The notes under the pieces: generated by a model | What the model saw: only the letters and a program-made list of their open reading frames with translations | Databases searched by the model: none | Told to the model about the DNA's origin: nothing | NCBI GenBank assembly: GCA_964016885.1 | Contig: OZ024745.1 | Span: 102,858,001 to 102,922,000 of the forward strand | Reading direction: 5' to 3' | Source: Eledone cirrhosa | Lineage: Eukaryota | Length of the DNA stretch: 64,000 bases | In this document: positions 1-10,770 of the stretch, piece after piece | Layout of the letters: every line of letters starts with the position of its first letter | Position numbering within the stretch: position 1 is the first letter of the stretch | Made by a program: the position numbers and the translations under genes

Positions 1-694
1 GACTAGGGGCTACAATGTTTGGCAATCAAACAGACACAATGTAAGGTCATCAGTCTGGATGACCCTGTCAACTGGTAGTGCTAATGGCATGATAAATGCT
101 ACCAGTACACTTTGTAAGGTGGTTCATGTTAGGAAGGGTATCCAGCCATAGAAAGCATGCCAAATATGAAACATATGAAAAAGATGAGGTTGCATCGACC
201 TGTGTAGTTTCAAACTGTAAAAGACAGTTCAATTTATGCCAGGGTAGAAAGTGGATGTAAAATAATGGTGATGACAATGATGGTATTATCATCATTTTAT
301 ATCTCCTTCACTTTGAGAGAGAAGCCCTTATTTCTTTACAGTGGTACTATCACATGGAACTTCTTGTGTCCCATTCATACTGTGGTTACTATACTTTCAA
401 TGCAACCCCTCCCACTGCTGATTAGGTCACCTAGGTAACAAAAGTTTCCACCACTTCTAAGGTGCTTCCTGTATACTTAAGGGAATCTATTTTGTGTTTG
501 TATGCTCTTATTGCTTGTTACTCCTTTATATTTTCCATGCTAATTTTCCTGTAACTCTACTAGATCCCTTGCATGTCCATAGATTACATAATATGCACCT
601 TATGGAGTTTTTGCCCACCTCTTTTTGACATAATAAACAAGGCCATTTCCTCATTGGTATCAGAGTCCTAACTTCTTTCTTCCTTATTAAGACA

Positions 695-2055
695 CTAGCT
701 GGCCCCCGGCTAGGTATACAGGCATTTTATCTTTTCAGGAATCCCCCCTACACTCCAGTGCCAAGATACCGCACACCCTCTCAATGGGGGGGGGGGGGGG
801 TAACGTGCTCTGATGTTGGGCTTGAATAGTTTTTAGGATTCCCCAGTTCAGCAGCCAGTATGTTAAAGAAAATTGATAGTTACAACAATAAAGGGTGACA
901 GAGAACACATGTTTTAACAACCATAATGGAAATTCCAAGTAACAGAAAATATTTAAATTACATTGTTAGAGCCTCAGAGTATACAATATGTTTTTTTCGG
1001 CCCTCCGGAGCAAAGATGAAGAGATTGTTTGGTGAGCTCACCCTAGAGCATCCTACATACAATTGACCATGGGAGAATCACTGATCTCGTAGCTCATCTT
1101 GCGGAGAAGCTCTGTAGATGTTGACCTCTGGACACTCCTGTAAGCTGTAATGACTTAGAGGCCTACCACCAATCTCCAGGACACTGTTTTCAAGACAAAT
1201 GAGCGCCTCATTGAAAACGACATTGTATGTTACGTTCGGATTGTGTCTGCGTGTGCGGTGGTGGATGTCCTCAGCTAGACTTTTGTGGTGGTTGTTCCAC
1301 AGTGCAAGAGGGTCGGCGAGATTGCAGTTGTGCAGCATAATAACAAAAGGTTTTCGCTGAGAAGGGACGTTAGCAGTTGCTGCTTCTTGCAGGGTGAGGT
1401 GCCAATGGCTGTCATCGTGTAACATACCATGTATCTGGCAAGCCAAATGGTAAGTGGAACATTGATGGCCATTGATCGTTCTCAGATCTTGGAAAGACTG
1501 TGGTCCTCTAACCTCGAACAGTAACAATGACGATAAGCCATCTGTGCTTTCGTGAAATAAATAGGTTTTTGTGTATGCAAAAATATCTGTACACGAATAT
1601 ATATATTAAAATAACAGATTAAAGTTTAAGCAAAGGCTTTCACCCTTAACGGGATCTTCTGAAACTAAAAAAATCAATCTGTGAACGCAGAAGTAAATAT
1701 TTCGAAAAACGTTATCTAATGCAGACATACAGAGACATATTATAAGGGTGCTATGTTATAGCTATGTATCTATCTAAAAAGACAGACTAAGAAAAAGAGG
1801 GGAATGTTGTGCGATGTCATAAGAAAAAGTGAGGAATGTATAACCGTATAACCGGAAGTGTTGACATTTGAAATTTTAAAGAAGTGAATATTTAAATAAT
1901 GTCTTTAATCTTTTAACAAAATTCAGTAGACAAAAATACCCTCACTTTTTTACTTGGAAAAAGTTACATCTGTGGTGCAAATTTGGTGCTGTTTGGTCCA
2001 GCCGTTTGGCGAAAAGTCTGTTACATACATACAGCCGTCAGCTTTATATTATAGA
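695..2055 (-). mobile_element. Internally deleted Helitron
   Basis: On the - strand it starts A|TCTATAATATAAAG (2055) and ends with GC-rich GCCGGGGGCCAG-CTAG|T (695), with no TSD. It encodes Rep/Hel remnants LLFEVRGPQSFQDLRTING..TYHLAC..DDSHW (1078-1527) and the PIF1 helicase C-terminus FSHGQLYVGCSRVSSPNNLFIFAPEGRKKNILY (~970-1077). Confidence 0.88.
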
Positions 2056-2167
2056 TTAGTTTTTGCCAATTCTAAATTTTTCTTCTATATAATAAGTATA
2101 TATAACTTTAGTTTACAGAAGATATATTTTTCAAACATTTCTTTATGAATATTAATTTTGACGGTGT

Positions 2168-2390
2168 TTGTTTTTGTATTTACATATTTATTAATTTAAT
2201 TTAATTTGTATCCTACTGTATTCTCAGAGCTATCTAAAGCCAGCACCAATTTCAATATTCCTCCTCATCACCATTACCAAGATGGTGAGGAGGAATACTG
2301 AAAATGATATTGGTTTTAGATAGTTCTGAGAATACTGTATGATATAAATAAGAATTAAATTAAATTAATGAATATTTAAATACAAAAAAA
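2168..2390. repeat. Imperfect ~220 bp palindrome (fold-back element)
   Basis: Arms such as ATTCTCAGAGCTATCTAAAGCCA / TGGTTTTAGATAGTTCTGAGAAT and ATTCCTCCTCA / TGAGGAGGAAT flank a centre near 2278. Confidence 0.75.
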
Positions 2391-3636
2391 TCTAATCTAA
2401 TAATCTCCAAACTTCATTTAATCCTTACAAAAACTTCATCCCTATTAGAAATCTAATTTTAAAAGCTATATATAGATTTTTTTCTCCTTGTGTGATTGAA
2501 AATTGCTGAGATCTTGAAAAGACAAAAATGAAATAACTTCATATTTATTTTTATCTATCAATAAAAACTCATCCTTCAGATAGAAAAAAAAAATGTCTCT
2601 TTCTCACTTGATCTTGCCAGTACTCTTTTTATTCCTACACTAGTTGTATATTCTCATAAACTCAATAGTAGATTATTTTGGTATGGAAAAAATATCAAAC
2701 TCACAAGTTATCAAGTGTATCTTAAAAAAAAAAGAAGCATTCAAAAGTAATAGAGAGTTTTAAAGTAAGATTCAATTCTTTATTTGCTTTCTTCTTCAAC
2801 CTTACTAACAAATTATTATTGGATTGACAGAATCAGTGAAAATTTTCACAAAATACTTTGCTACATTTGTTCTGGTTCTTTATGTTCGAAGTTCAAAACA
2901 TGTCTTTCAGGGTCGATAAAATAGTAAAGTACTAGGTCAATATAACCAATTTTCCTCTCAAGGACCAATGAGAACTAAAACAAATGAGGAGTCACTTCCT
3001 CAAGTACATGACCAAATTGATGTTATGACAATCAACACCAGCCTTGGAAACATTAAAAAAGAATAAAAAATAACAAAGAATGCAAATGCCCCCCCCACAC
3101 ACACACACACACCACCACCACCACCCCACTCCCACCCCCACACACACACACACACACAAAAGCAGAGGTAAAGAAAAGAAAATGAACTAAAAATTAAAAA
3201 CAAACCACAGTGGCCTCTCTTGAAATCATGCCCCTTCCTCCATCAATGGCGTGCCTGAAAGGAAAACATTGGCTGGATGCATTTAACATTGGCTCTGGAA
3301 AAGATTGAGGTAAATTATATATTGATTGAGAAGGAAAAATGATACAAATACTAAGAAACTCTAGGCAATAGAATTTTTAAAATAACTACATTAATATTCT
3401 GTTAATGTTTGATGGATTTATAGTAGGACCCCAGGGCATAGTAGGACCTTTCATGGCTTGACTACAGCCAAAAATGTTTAGAGGTAATTCTAGAAAGTCA
3501 TGTTTGTGAACACAATCAAAAGAGAAAGTGGTCAGATTCATAGGGTGCACTTGTTTGTACTTTCTTTTTGTAATTATTATTGTTATTTTTTTCTTGCATA
3601 TAGAATTATATATGTACATATCATATATATAGATAT

Positions 3637-6600
3637 GTTTCTTTATTAGCCACAGGGGCACAAAAGAAGGGGACAAATACAAAGGGGGAAGTTTACATAC
3701 AATAAAAACGTGTAAAATATTATCACAAATGCAATTTAAAAGTTAATCGATTTTCCCCAATAGGGGGAGACAGTTCATATGGGTAACACATACCCCCGAA
3801 AAATGTGTGCAACCCTCATCTCCAGGAGTACGAAGAGTTTGTACCCCCTTCCTCTCTTCCTCTTTTTCCACAACCTACAGCCTGATATAGAGAGAAGGCC
3901 CATTCACTCGGGCCATTCTCACCACTTTCACCCACCTTTCATAAAACTTTCTGGGGTACAACACCTCTCTCTCCATCCTGATTCTTCTTCCAAAGTGGTA
4001 TTTGAAAAAAAGAATCAGTTGTTGGCCGGTGAGGAAGGTGTCTGACCTCAGCCCTTTTAACCTTGTCCACCATACAACCTCTTTCACCATAGCTATCACA
4101 CAAAGGAAAACCGCCTCTCCTTCGTTTTTGAAGGAGGGTGGCGGTTTGATCATGACAATGGACTCGGTGGTCAACCGGATTGGTCCCACCCGCGACAATA
4201 GTTGTTCTACATATCCCCACAGGTCGCTAACGCCTGGGTAGTGTACGAATGCGTGCGCGATGGTTTCTTCGTCTCACACGCATCTCGGACAGATCTTTTT
4301 CGAAGAGTCCCTGCCTGGGCGCACATGTCTGTAGAGCGTGTTTCGAACTGGTAGAGCTCCTCGGTAGCACTGCCAGGCCAGGGATTTTGGAAGTTGTCCA
4401 TCGGTTCGTCTTCCTCTATGCCTAGAGCTTCTCCAAGCGCGTCGTCGCACTTGCTGCGGATCAACCCTCTATAGAATGACGAAGTGGAGTCTCCACTGAT
4501 CACTGGGTCCACCTGCCAGAGGGCTGTAAGCGCCTGAGCACATTTGATGTGCCAGTCGCCCATTTTCCTGCAGCTTGGTCAGCAAGACGAGTTGTGGGAA
4601 GGCTTGCCTCATGAACGGGGCCCACACCGGTTGTCCAGTGAGGAATACGTAGAGATTCCGCAGCCTGAGCGCGTGTTTGCGCATTGTCAGCCACAGCATC
4701 CCCAGCCCTCCATTGGAAGGGTATTGGCAGCAGATGGAACTTCTCACCAAAGGAGCCCGCTTCTTCCAAAGGAATTGGAAGAGCGTTTTGGCTGGACAAG
4801 GCACGACGGTTAAGCAGTAGTAGTTGACGGAGGCTATAAAAGTGCTCGCCACCTCCACTCGACCTTTCAAGGATAGTTTGCACTCGGCCCACTTCTGGGT
4901 GAGTGCAAACACCTTGGCCGTCACCTCGTTCCAGTTCTTCTCCACCTGGAGGTCCAAACAAAACCAGACCCCAAGCAGCTTTACCGGTCCTTCCGTCCAG
5001 CATCCGACTATGCCATCAGAAGGCATCGGTTTGCCTCTCCACGATCCGAGTTGCAAACCGATGGACTTGTCCCGTTTCAGCTTCGCTCCTGTGAACCTTT
5101 CGTATTCCTTCAGTAAGGTGCCAACTTTCTTGATTTGCGAGGTGCTCGACACCATTACTGTCACGTCGTCAGCGTAGGCCGACGCCGCTTTCCACAGTCC
5201 TGGTTCCAGGGGGATGCCCTGCAATAACTCCAACTTCCGCAGTAGTGGCTTGAGAGTCAGTACGTACAGAAGGGAGGAGAGAGGGCATCCCTGTCAAATG
5301 GATCGCGTGATATGGAATGGCTCCAAGACGTAGCCATTCACCTTGACCCTTGAGCAGATGTTGCTGATGTGCATTGCAGCAATCCAGCCTCTGAACACGA
5401 GTCCGAAGCCTGCCGCCTCAAGCACCGCATCCAGGTAACGATGGTCAACCCTATCGAAAGCCTTAGACTGATCCAAGTTGATCAGGGCCCCACCAAAGCC
5501 GGGTTTACACCCTACCCTCTCTATGATGTATCACATGAGGTGGAGGTTGTTGTGTATGGACCTGGTTGGGATTGCGCATGTCTGCACTTCTCCCACCAGG
5601 TTTTCGACGACAAGTGCCAGCCTCTTTGCCAACACCTTGCCCAAAATCTGTAACTCTGTGTTTCGCAGAGTTATGGGCCGGAAGTTGCCTATGTCATCCC
5701 CCTTATTCTCGTCTTTCCTGACTAGTGTGACTACGCCTCTGGTCACAGAACTGGGAATTCTCCCGTTCTGCCGCCAGTTCCAGTAGACCGCTTCCAGGAC
5801 ACCGGAGAACAAGTCCGGCATTGCTACGTAAAATTTGTAGGGTAGACCGTTGAGACATAGAGATTTGCATTTGCCGCATTGCCTCAGCGCATCCCCTATC
5901 TCAGCGGCTGAAATCGGCCTTTCGCAGAACTTCGCCTCACTGTTCGAGAGTCGCGGTAGGCCGTCGTGGTATGGACCAAAATCCATAGCCCCTCCCGGCG
6001 CGCCACCCTGCCCGAACAGCTGAGCAAAGTGCCGCTGAAAGGCCGCGCACATCTGCTTTGGCTCACGTATCACATATCCGTCTTGGTCCTTCAAAGACCG
6101 AATCATGGACTTGTTGCCACTTTTTGCCCCCGTCACCTGGGCCCAGCTAACAGCTTTGGCTCCCTCGTTACCCAGGGCACGTATTTTGCTTCTGACAACG
6201 CAGCCGTCGTGCTTTGTGTCGAAGAACTGGTCCAAGGCCGTTCTCGTTGATAGCACACTGGCTACATTGCCACTTCTAATTGCCTCTTGATGGTGTGTTT
6301 GTGTGTGTGATTGCGGTAGTGGTGGATGGAGTGGGATGGGGTGGGACTGTGTTTTTTCAGGGGAATTGTTTGTGTTTTTTCTGTTGTTTGTGGTTGAACA
6401 GTTGTTTGTTTTTGTGTGTTTGCTTGTTTTGTGTGTTGTTGTTGTTGTTTTGTGTGTTGTTGTTGTTGTGTTTTTGGAGTTGGTGTTGGTAAAATTACTT
6501 TTTTGGGGGTGATGGTGTTTGTTCGTAAGAGGGGACAGGAGGCCTTTAAATGTGATGTGCTCGCGCATTTAAAAAAATGTGGCCTCTTTCCATCTGCTGA

Positions 6601-6690
6601 AATGTGGATGTAATTGGTATCGTCTACTAGCACCCTTTCTGGTATGATAGATATGTATATTGTATTGTTTTTGCACCCCACCATCTAACA
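3637..6690 (-). mobile_element. L1/Tx1-clade non-LTR retrotransposon remnant (ORF1 fragment fused to ORF2 RT region)
   Basis: Frameshifted ORF2 pieces NFRPITLRNTELQILGKVLAKRL, DQSKAFDRVDH, QGCPLS, AYADDVTV, LSLKGRV. 3' end AATAAAG runs into (AT)n at ~3637. 6290-6690 encodes a degenerate zinc knuckle (FFKCASTSHLKASCP) and a low-complexity ORF1 tail. Confidence 0.85.
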
Positions 6691-6704
6691 TGTGTGCATG
6701 TATA

Positions 6705-6757
<53 letters not shown>

Positions 6758-7179
6758 GCACACACACATATCATCATCATCATCAATTAATGTTTATTTT
6801 AAATGATGATTTATATATATATATATATACACACATACATATATCCCCACATCCTATATGTTTATATATATATATATATATATATCATCTAGGCTCCTTT
6901 GTTTGGTGACTGTAAGAATACATTGAGTTGATTACCTTCAAAAATTTATGTTGTGCACATACACACATACACAGACACACACACACACACACATGTATAT
7001 GTATGCCAAATACAAACAGAAATGACAAAGCAAACAACACAGTACAATGAAGAACTATATTATTAGTTTTAAGCTTGATATAGTAGATAAAGTGTCGTTA
7101 ACCGAAAAATAGAATGAGAACTTAAAGAAGAAAAAGAATGAATGAGGAGATGCACAATGGCAGAAATGAACAAAACTGT

Positions 7180-7385
7180 AGTGAACTAGGACTAAAAATT
7201 GCAGTATCAACTAACCTCATTGGTGTCAACTTCTTAGACCTAAGACTAAACCTACATACTCACACACATAAAGCTTTCCATAAGCCTAGTGAGAACCTTA
7301 GATATATACATAAAACTCATGCCATCCATCTATATTCTTTAAGAATCTAGTTAAGAACATTAGCAAGCATCTCATGACAAAATAA
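7180..7385 (+). mobile_element. Penelope-like element RT fragment
   Basis: LGLKIAVSTNLIGVNFLDLRLNL...KAFHKPSENLRYIHK, then a frameshift to SCHPSI..KNLVKNISKHL, matches the PLE RT pattern NFLD..KP....YIH..S.HP. Confidence 0.7.
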
Positions 7386-7708
7386 ACCGATAGGAGTAGA
7401 TGACTTTGAAGAGAAAGCGAACTGATAAATAAAACAACACTAATAATAGTGTAAGAGAGAGGAAGAGAGTTGATGACTTCGTAGAGAGGCAGCATGGTAG
7501 AGAAAATGAGGGTAAAAATAAATGTGTTGTAGAAGCTAGTGAAGTGATAAATACAGCAATAATTGTTGAGCAGAACATTTGCAATTGGGAAATAGAGGGA
7601 TACCTGGAAGATTTGTATGGGTGGATGGCTGGAACGTGGTTTAGCAGCTCTAGTGATTCATTTTAGCCTTTCAGAGTCAAGTGTGTCTTATCTCTTCAAG
7701 AACTTCAA

Positions 7709-9090
7709 TTGGGAAAATCAACTGGTCTATCGGGTATAGCTGCTAAGATGCTGAAGGCATCTGGGTCTGTAGGTCACACTATAACCACACGTATTGTTAA
7801 CCAGGTAATACTAGAAGGTGTCATACCAAAAGATTGGTGCAGTAGCATCATTGTCAACTGCTACAAAGGTAAAGGTGATGCACTAGATAGAGGAAACTAT
7901 AGAGGTATAAAGCTGATGGACCAGGTCATGAAAGTAACAGAAAGAGTTATAGCACAGTTGATTAGGGACCGAGTGAAACTAGATGAAATGCAATTTGAGT
8001 TTGTACCAGGAAGAGGCACCACTGATGCCCTCTTCCTTGTGAGGCAGTTACAGGAAAAGTACCTAGCTAAAAGTAAGCCACTCTACCTGGCATTCGTCGA
8101 TCTCAAGAAAGCCTTTGACAGAGTTGCACATGCTATAATCTGGTGGGGTTTTAGAAAACTAGGAGTAGATGAATGGCTTGTGAAAGCTGTACAAGTCATG
8201 TATAGGGGAGCACTTATAGCTGAATCTATGGTAGAACTAGAGAAGAAATTCCAAACTTGGAAGCAGGGACTAGAAAGAAAGGGTCTCAAAGCCAACCTGA
8301 CAAAGACTAAGGTCCTTGTAAGTAGACGAGAAAACAGAACCCAGATCCCCTCAGGGAAATGGCCTTGCTCAGTATGTAGGAAAGGTGTAGGTAGGAACTC
8401 CATTCTCTGCCCCAAATGCAAACAATGGGTACACAAGAGATGTAGCAGGATCTCAGGAAGCTTAATTAAGAATGTAGGCTTCACATGTAGCAGCTGTGCT
8501 GGGACAGCAAGCAGCAAACAGCCACAGGAAACAAGTACCACCAATCTCTGGGCGGGCTCTGTAGAAACAGTAGACAGCTTCTGCTACCTAGGTGACCGAA
8601 TTAGCAGCGGAGGTGGGTGTTCAGAAAGTACAATAACTAGGGTAAGAACAGGATGGAAGAAGTTCGGTGAGCTACTGCCACTGCTAGCTGCAAAAGGCTT
8701 CTCCCTCAGAATGAAAGGCAGACTGTATGATGCGTGTATACGAACAGCAATGTTACATGGTAGTGGGACCTGGGCGCTGAAGGTGGAAGACTTACGTAGA
8801 TTAGAAAGAAATGAAGCCTGCATGCTCCGATGGATGTGTAATAGTAATATACGCAAACGGCAAAGCATATATGAATTGAGAGAGAGACTGAGCATAAGAG
8901 GAATCAAATGCTGTGTGCAGGAGAGGCGGCTGCATTGGTATGGACATGTGATGCGTATGAAGGATGACAGCTGCATAAAAAGGTGCAGAGCACTAGAAGT
9001 CAATGGAAACCGCGGAGGGGGAGACCCAAGAAGACCTGGGATGAGGTGATAAAAGCCGACCTTACCCAATTACACCTCTCAAAGGCGATG
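7709..9090 (+). mobile_element. RTE-clade LINE, 5'-truncated and internally deleted
   Basis: 446-aa ORF with YKGKGDALDRGNYRGIKL, FVDLKKAFDRV, a PHD-like C4HC3 finger, FCYLGD and RRLHWYGHV. The VHQG...YADD segment is deleted in frame (MYRGA|LIAES). Confidence 0.92.
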
Positions 9091-9412
9091 GGTACAAGCC
9101 GAAGCTGAAGCATATAGACAATATGCCCCCCCCCCCCCCACTGCAAAGTGGTCTAAGAGGTGCCACGGCAAAAAAGCACCCAGCCCACACTGTAAAGTGG
9201 ACGTGTAGGCGCCACGGAAAAAAGTACCCACCACTCACTGTAAATGTGGTTGGTGTTAGGAAGGGCATCCAGCTGTAGAAATCAAGCCAAAATCAGTTCC
9301 TGTATGAGCAAGGCATGGTCAGCCGACCAGACACTGCCCACAACAGGACAACCCGTCTAACCCATGCTAGCATGGAAGAACGGACGTAAAACGGTGATGA
9401 TGATGATCATCA
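9087..9412 (+). mobile_element. SINE family A body with RTE-type 3' tail (5'-truncated)
   Basis: Core GGTTGGTGTTAGGAAGGGCATCCAGCTGTAGAAA and tail CCCATGCTAGCATGGAAGAACGGACGTAAAACGG(TGA)n. Nearly identical to the - strand copy at 40757-41083. Confidence 0.85.
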
Positions 9413-10274
9413 TCATCGTTTAATGTCTATTTTAAACAATGACAACAGTATATATATTTATACATACCATTCCCTCACATCCTATAATACCCTTTGTAAC
9501 ATATTTTGTATTGAATTTATGGATCCTTGTGGCCAAATAAGACATACTTGTTTTTTTTTTTCTTTAATGTTTTATTTGTTACTTTGCTGGGGCTTATAAT
9601 GAAAGTTTGAGAGGCTTTTATTTTTTTTCTGATTTCTTTTTTGTTTATATTTTTATATATATCTTATAATAATGAGATAAAAATGGTTCTCAGCTGAGTG
9701 CAAGATACTAAATTGAATTAGATTTACATGGCAGTTGTGCAGTAATTGCATTGGCATCTAGAGCAAAGAGTTGTGTCATATTTAAAGTAGAACAAAACTC
9801 CATGAAAGGCTGCTGCTGATGATAATGGTAATTGTTGAATAGTGATAGAGGTGGGAATAATATATATATATATATAGCACATGGTAAAATGGCAGTACTG
9901 GTGCTAAGATAAAATGCACTCTGTATGTAGTAGTGCTGGTGCCATTAAAAAATGCACCTAATGCACTCTGGAAAATGGCAGTGTTAGTGTAATGATAAAA
10001 TGCACTTAGTATATTTGACTTTTAATTTAATGTATATATATATATATATATATGAACCCAAAACTCCTGTTAGAATCATAGTGATGCTGTAGTGCATTAC
10101 AACATTTTTGGGGCATTTTTTAAAACCTGTTGCAGCCCATCTCCTCTGCAGATTTGAACAGAGAAGGAGAGAGATATATATATAAAGAAGTGAGAAAGAG
10201 ATTTAGAGGAAGAAATGGCCCCAGTATTGGATTAGTACTTTTTATATCGGCCTCGTATCTGGATGTATCGACAC

Positions 10275-10770
10275 AGCCAGTATGTCATAGAGCCAATATA
10301 TGTCATACAGTCAACGTATGTCATAAGTCAATGTCATACAGCCAATGTATGTCATACAGTCAATGTCATACAGTCAATAAATGTCATACAGTCAATGTCA
10401 TACATCCAATGTCATACAATCAATGTTATACAGTCAATATATGCCATACAGTCAATGTCATACAATCAATAAGTGTCATACAGCCAATATATGTCATACA
10501 GTCAATGTCATACAGCCAATGTATGTGATACAGTCAATAAATGTCATACAGCCAATGTCATACAGCCAATATATGTCATACAGCCAATATGTCATGCAGT
10601 CAATGTTATACAGCCAATATATGTCATACAGCCAATATGTGTCATACAGTCAATGTCAAACAGCCAATATCATACAGCCAATATATGTCATACAGTCAAT
10701 GTCATACAGTCAATAAATGTCATACAGCCAATGTCATAGTGCCAATAAATGTCATAGTGCCAATTCATGC
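10275..10770. repeat. Minisatellite with 14-18 bp units (TGTCATACAG(C/T)CAA plus variable spacer)
   Basis: About 30 degenerate tandem units are visible directly. Confidence 0.92.

Noticed and set aside
8083-9069. Antisense ORFs over RTE and L1 elements
   Set aside because: They are shadow frames of the retrotransposon ORFs.
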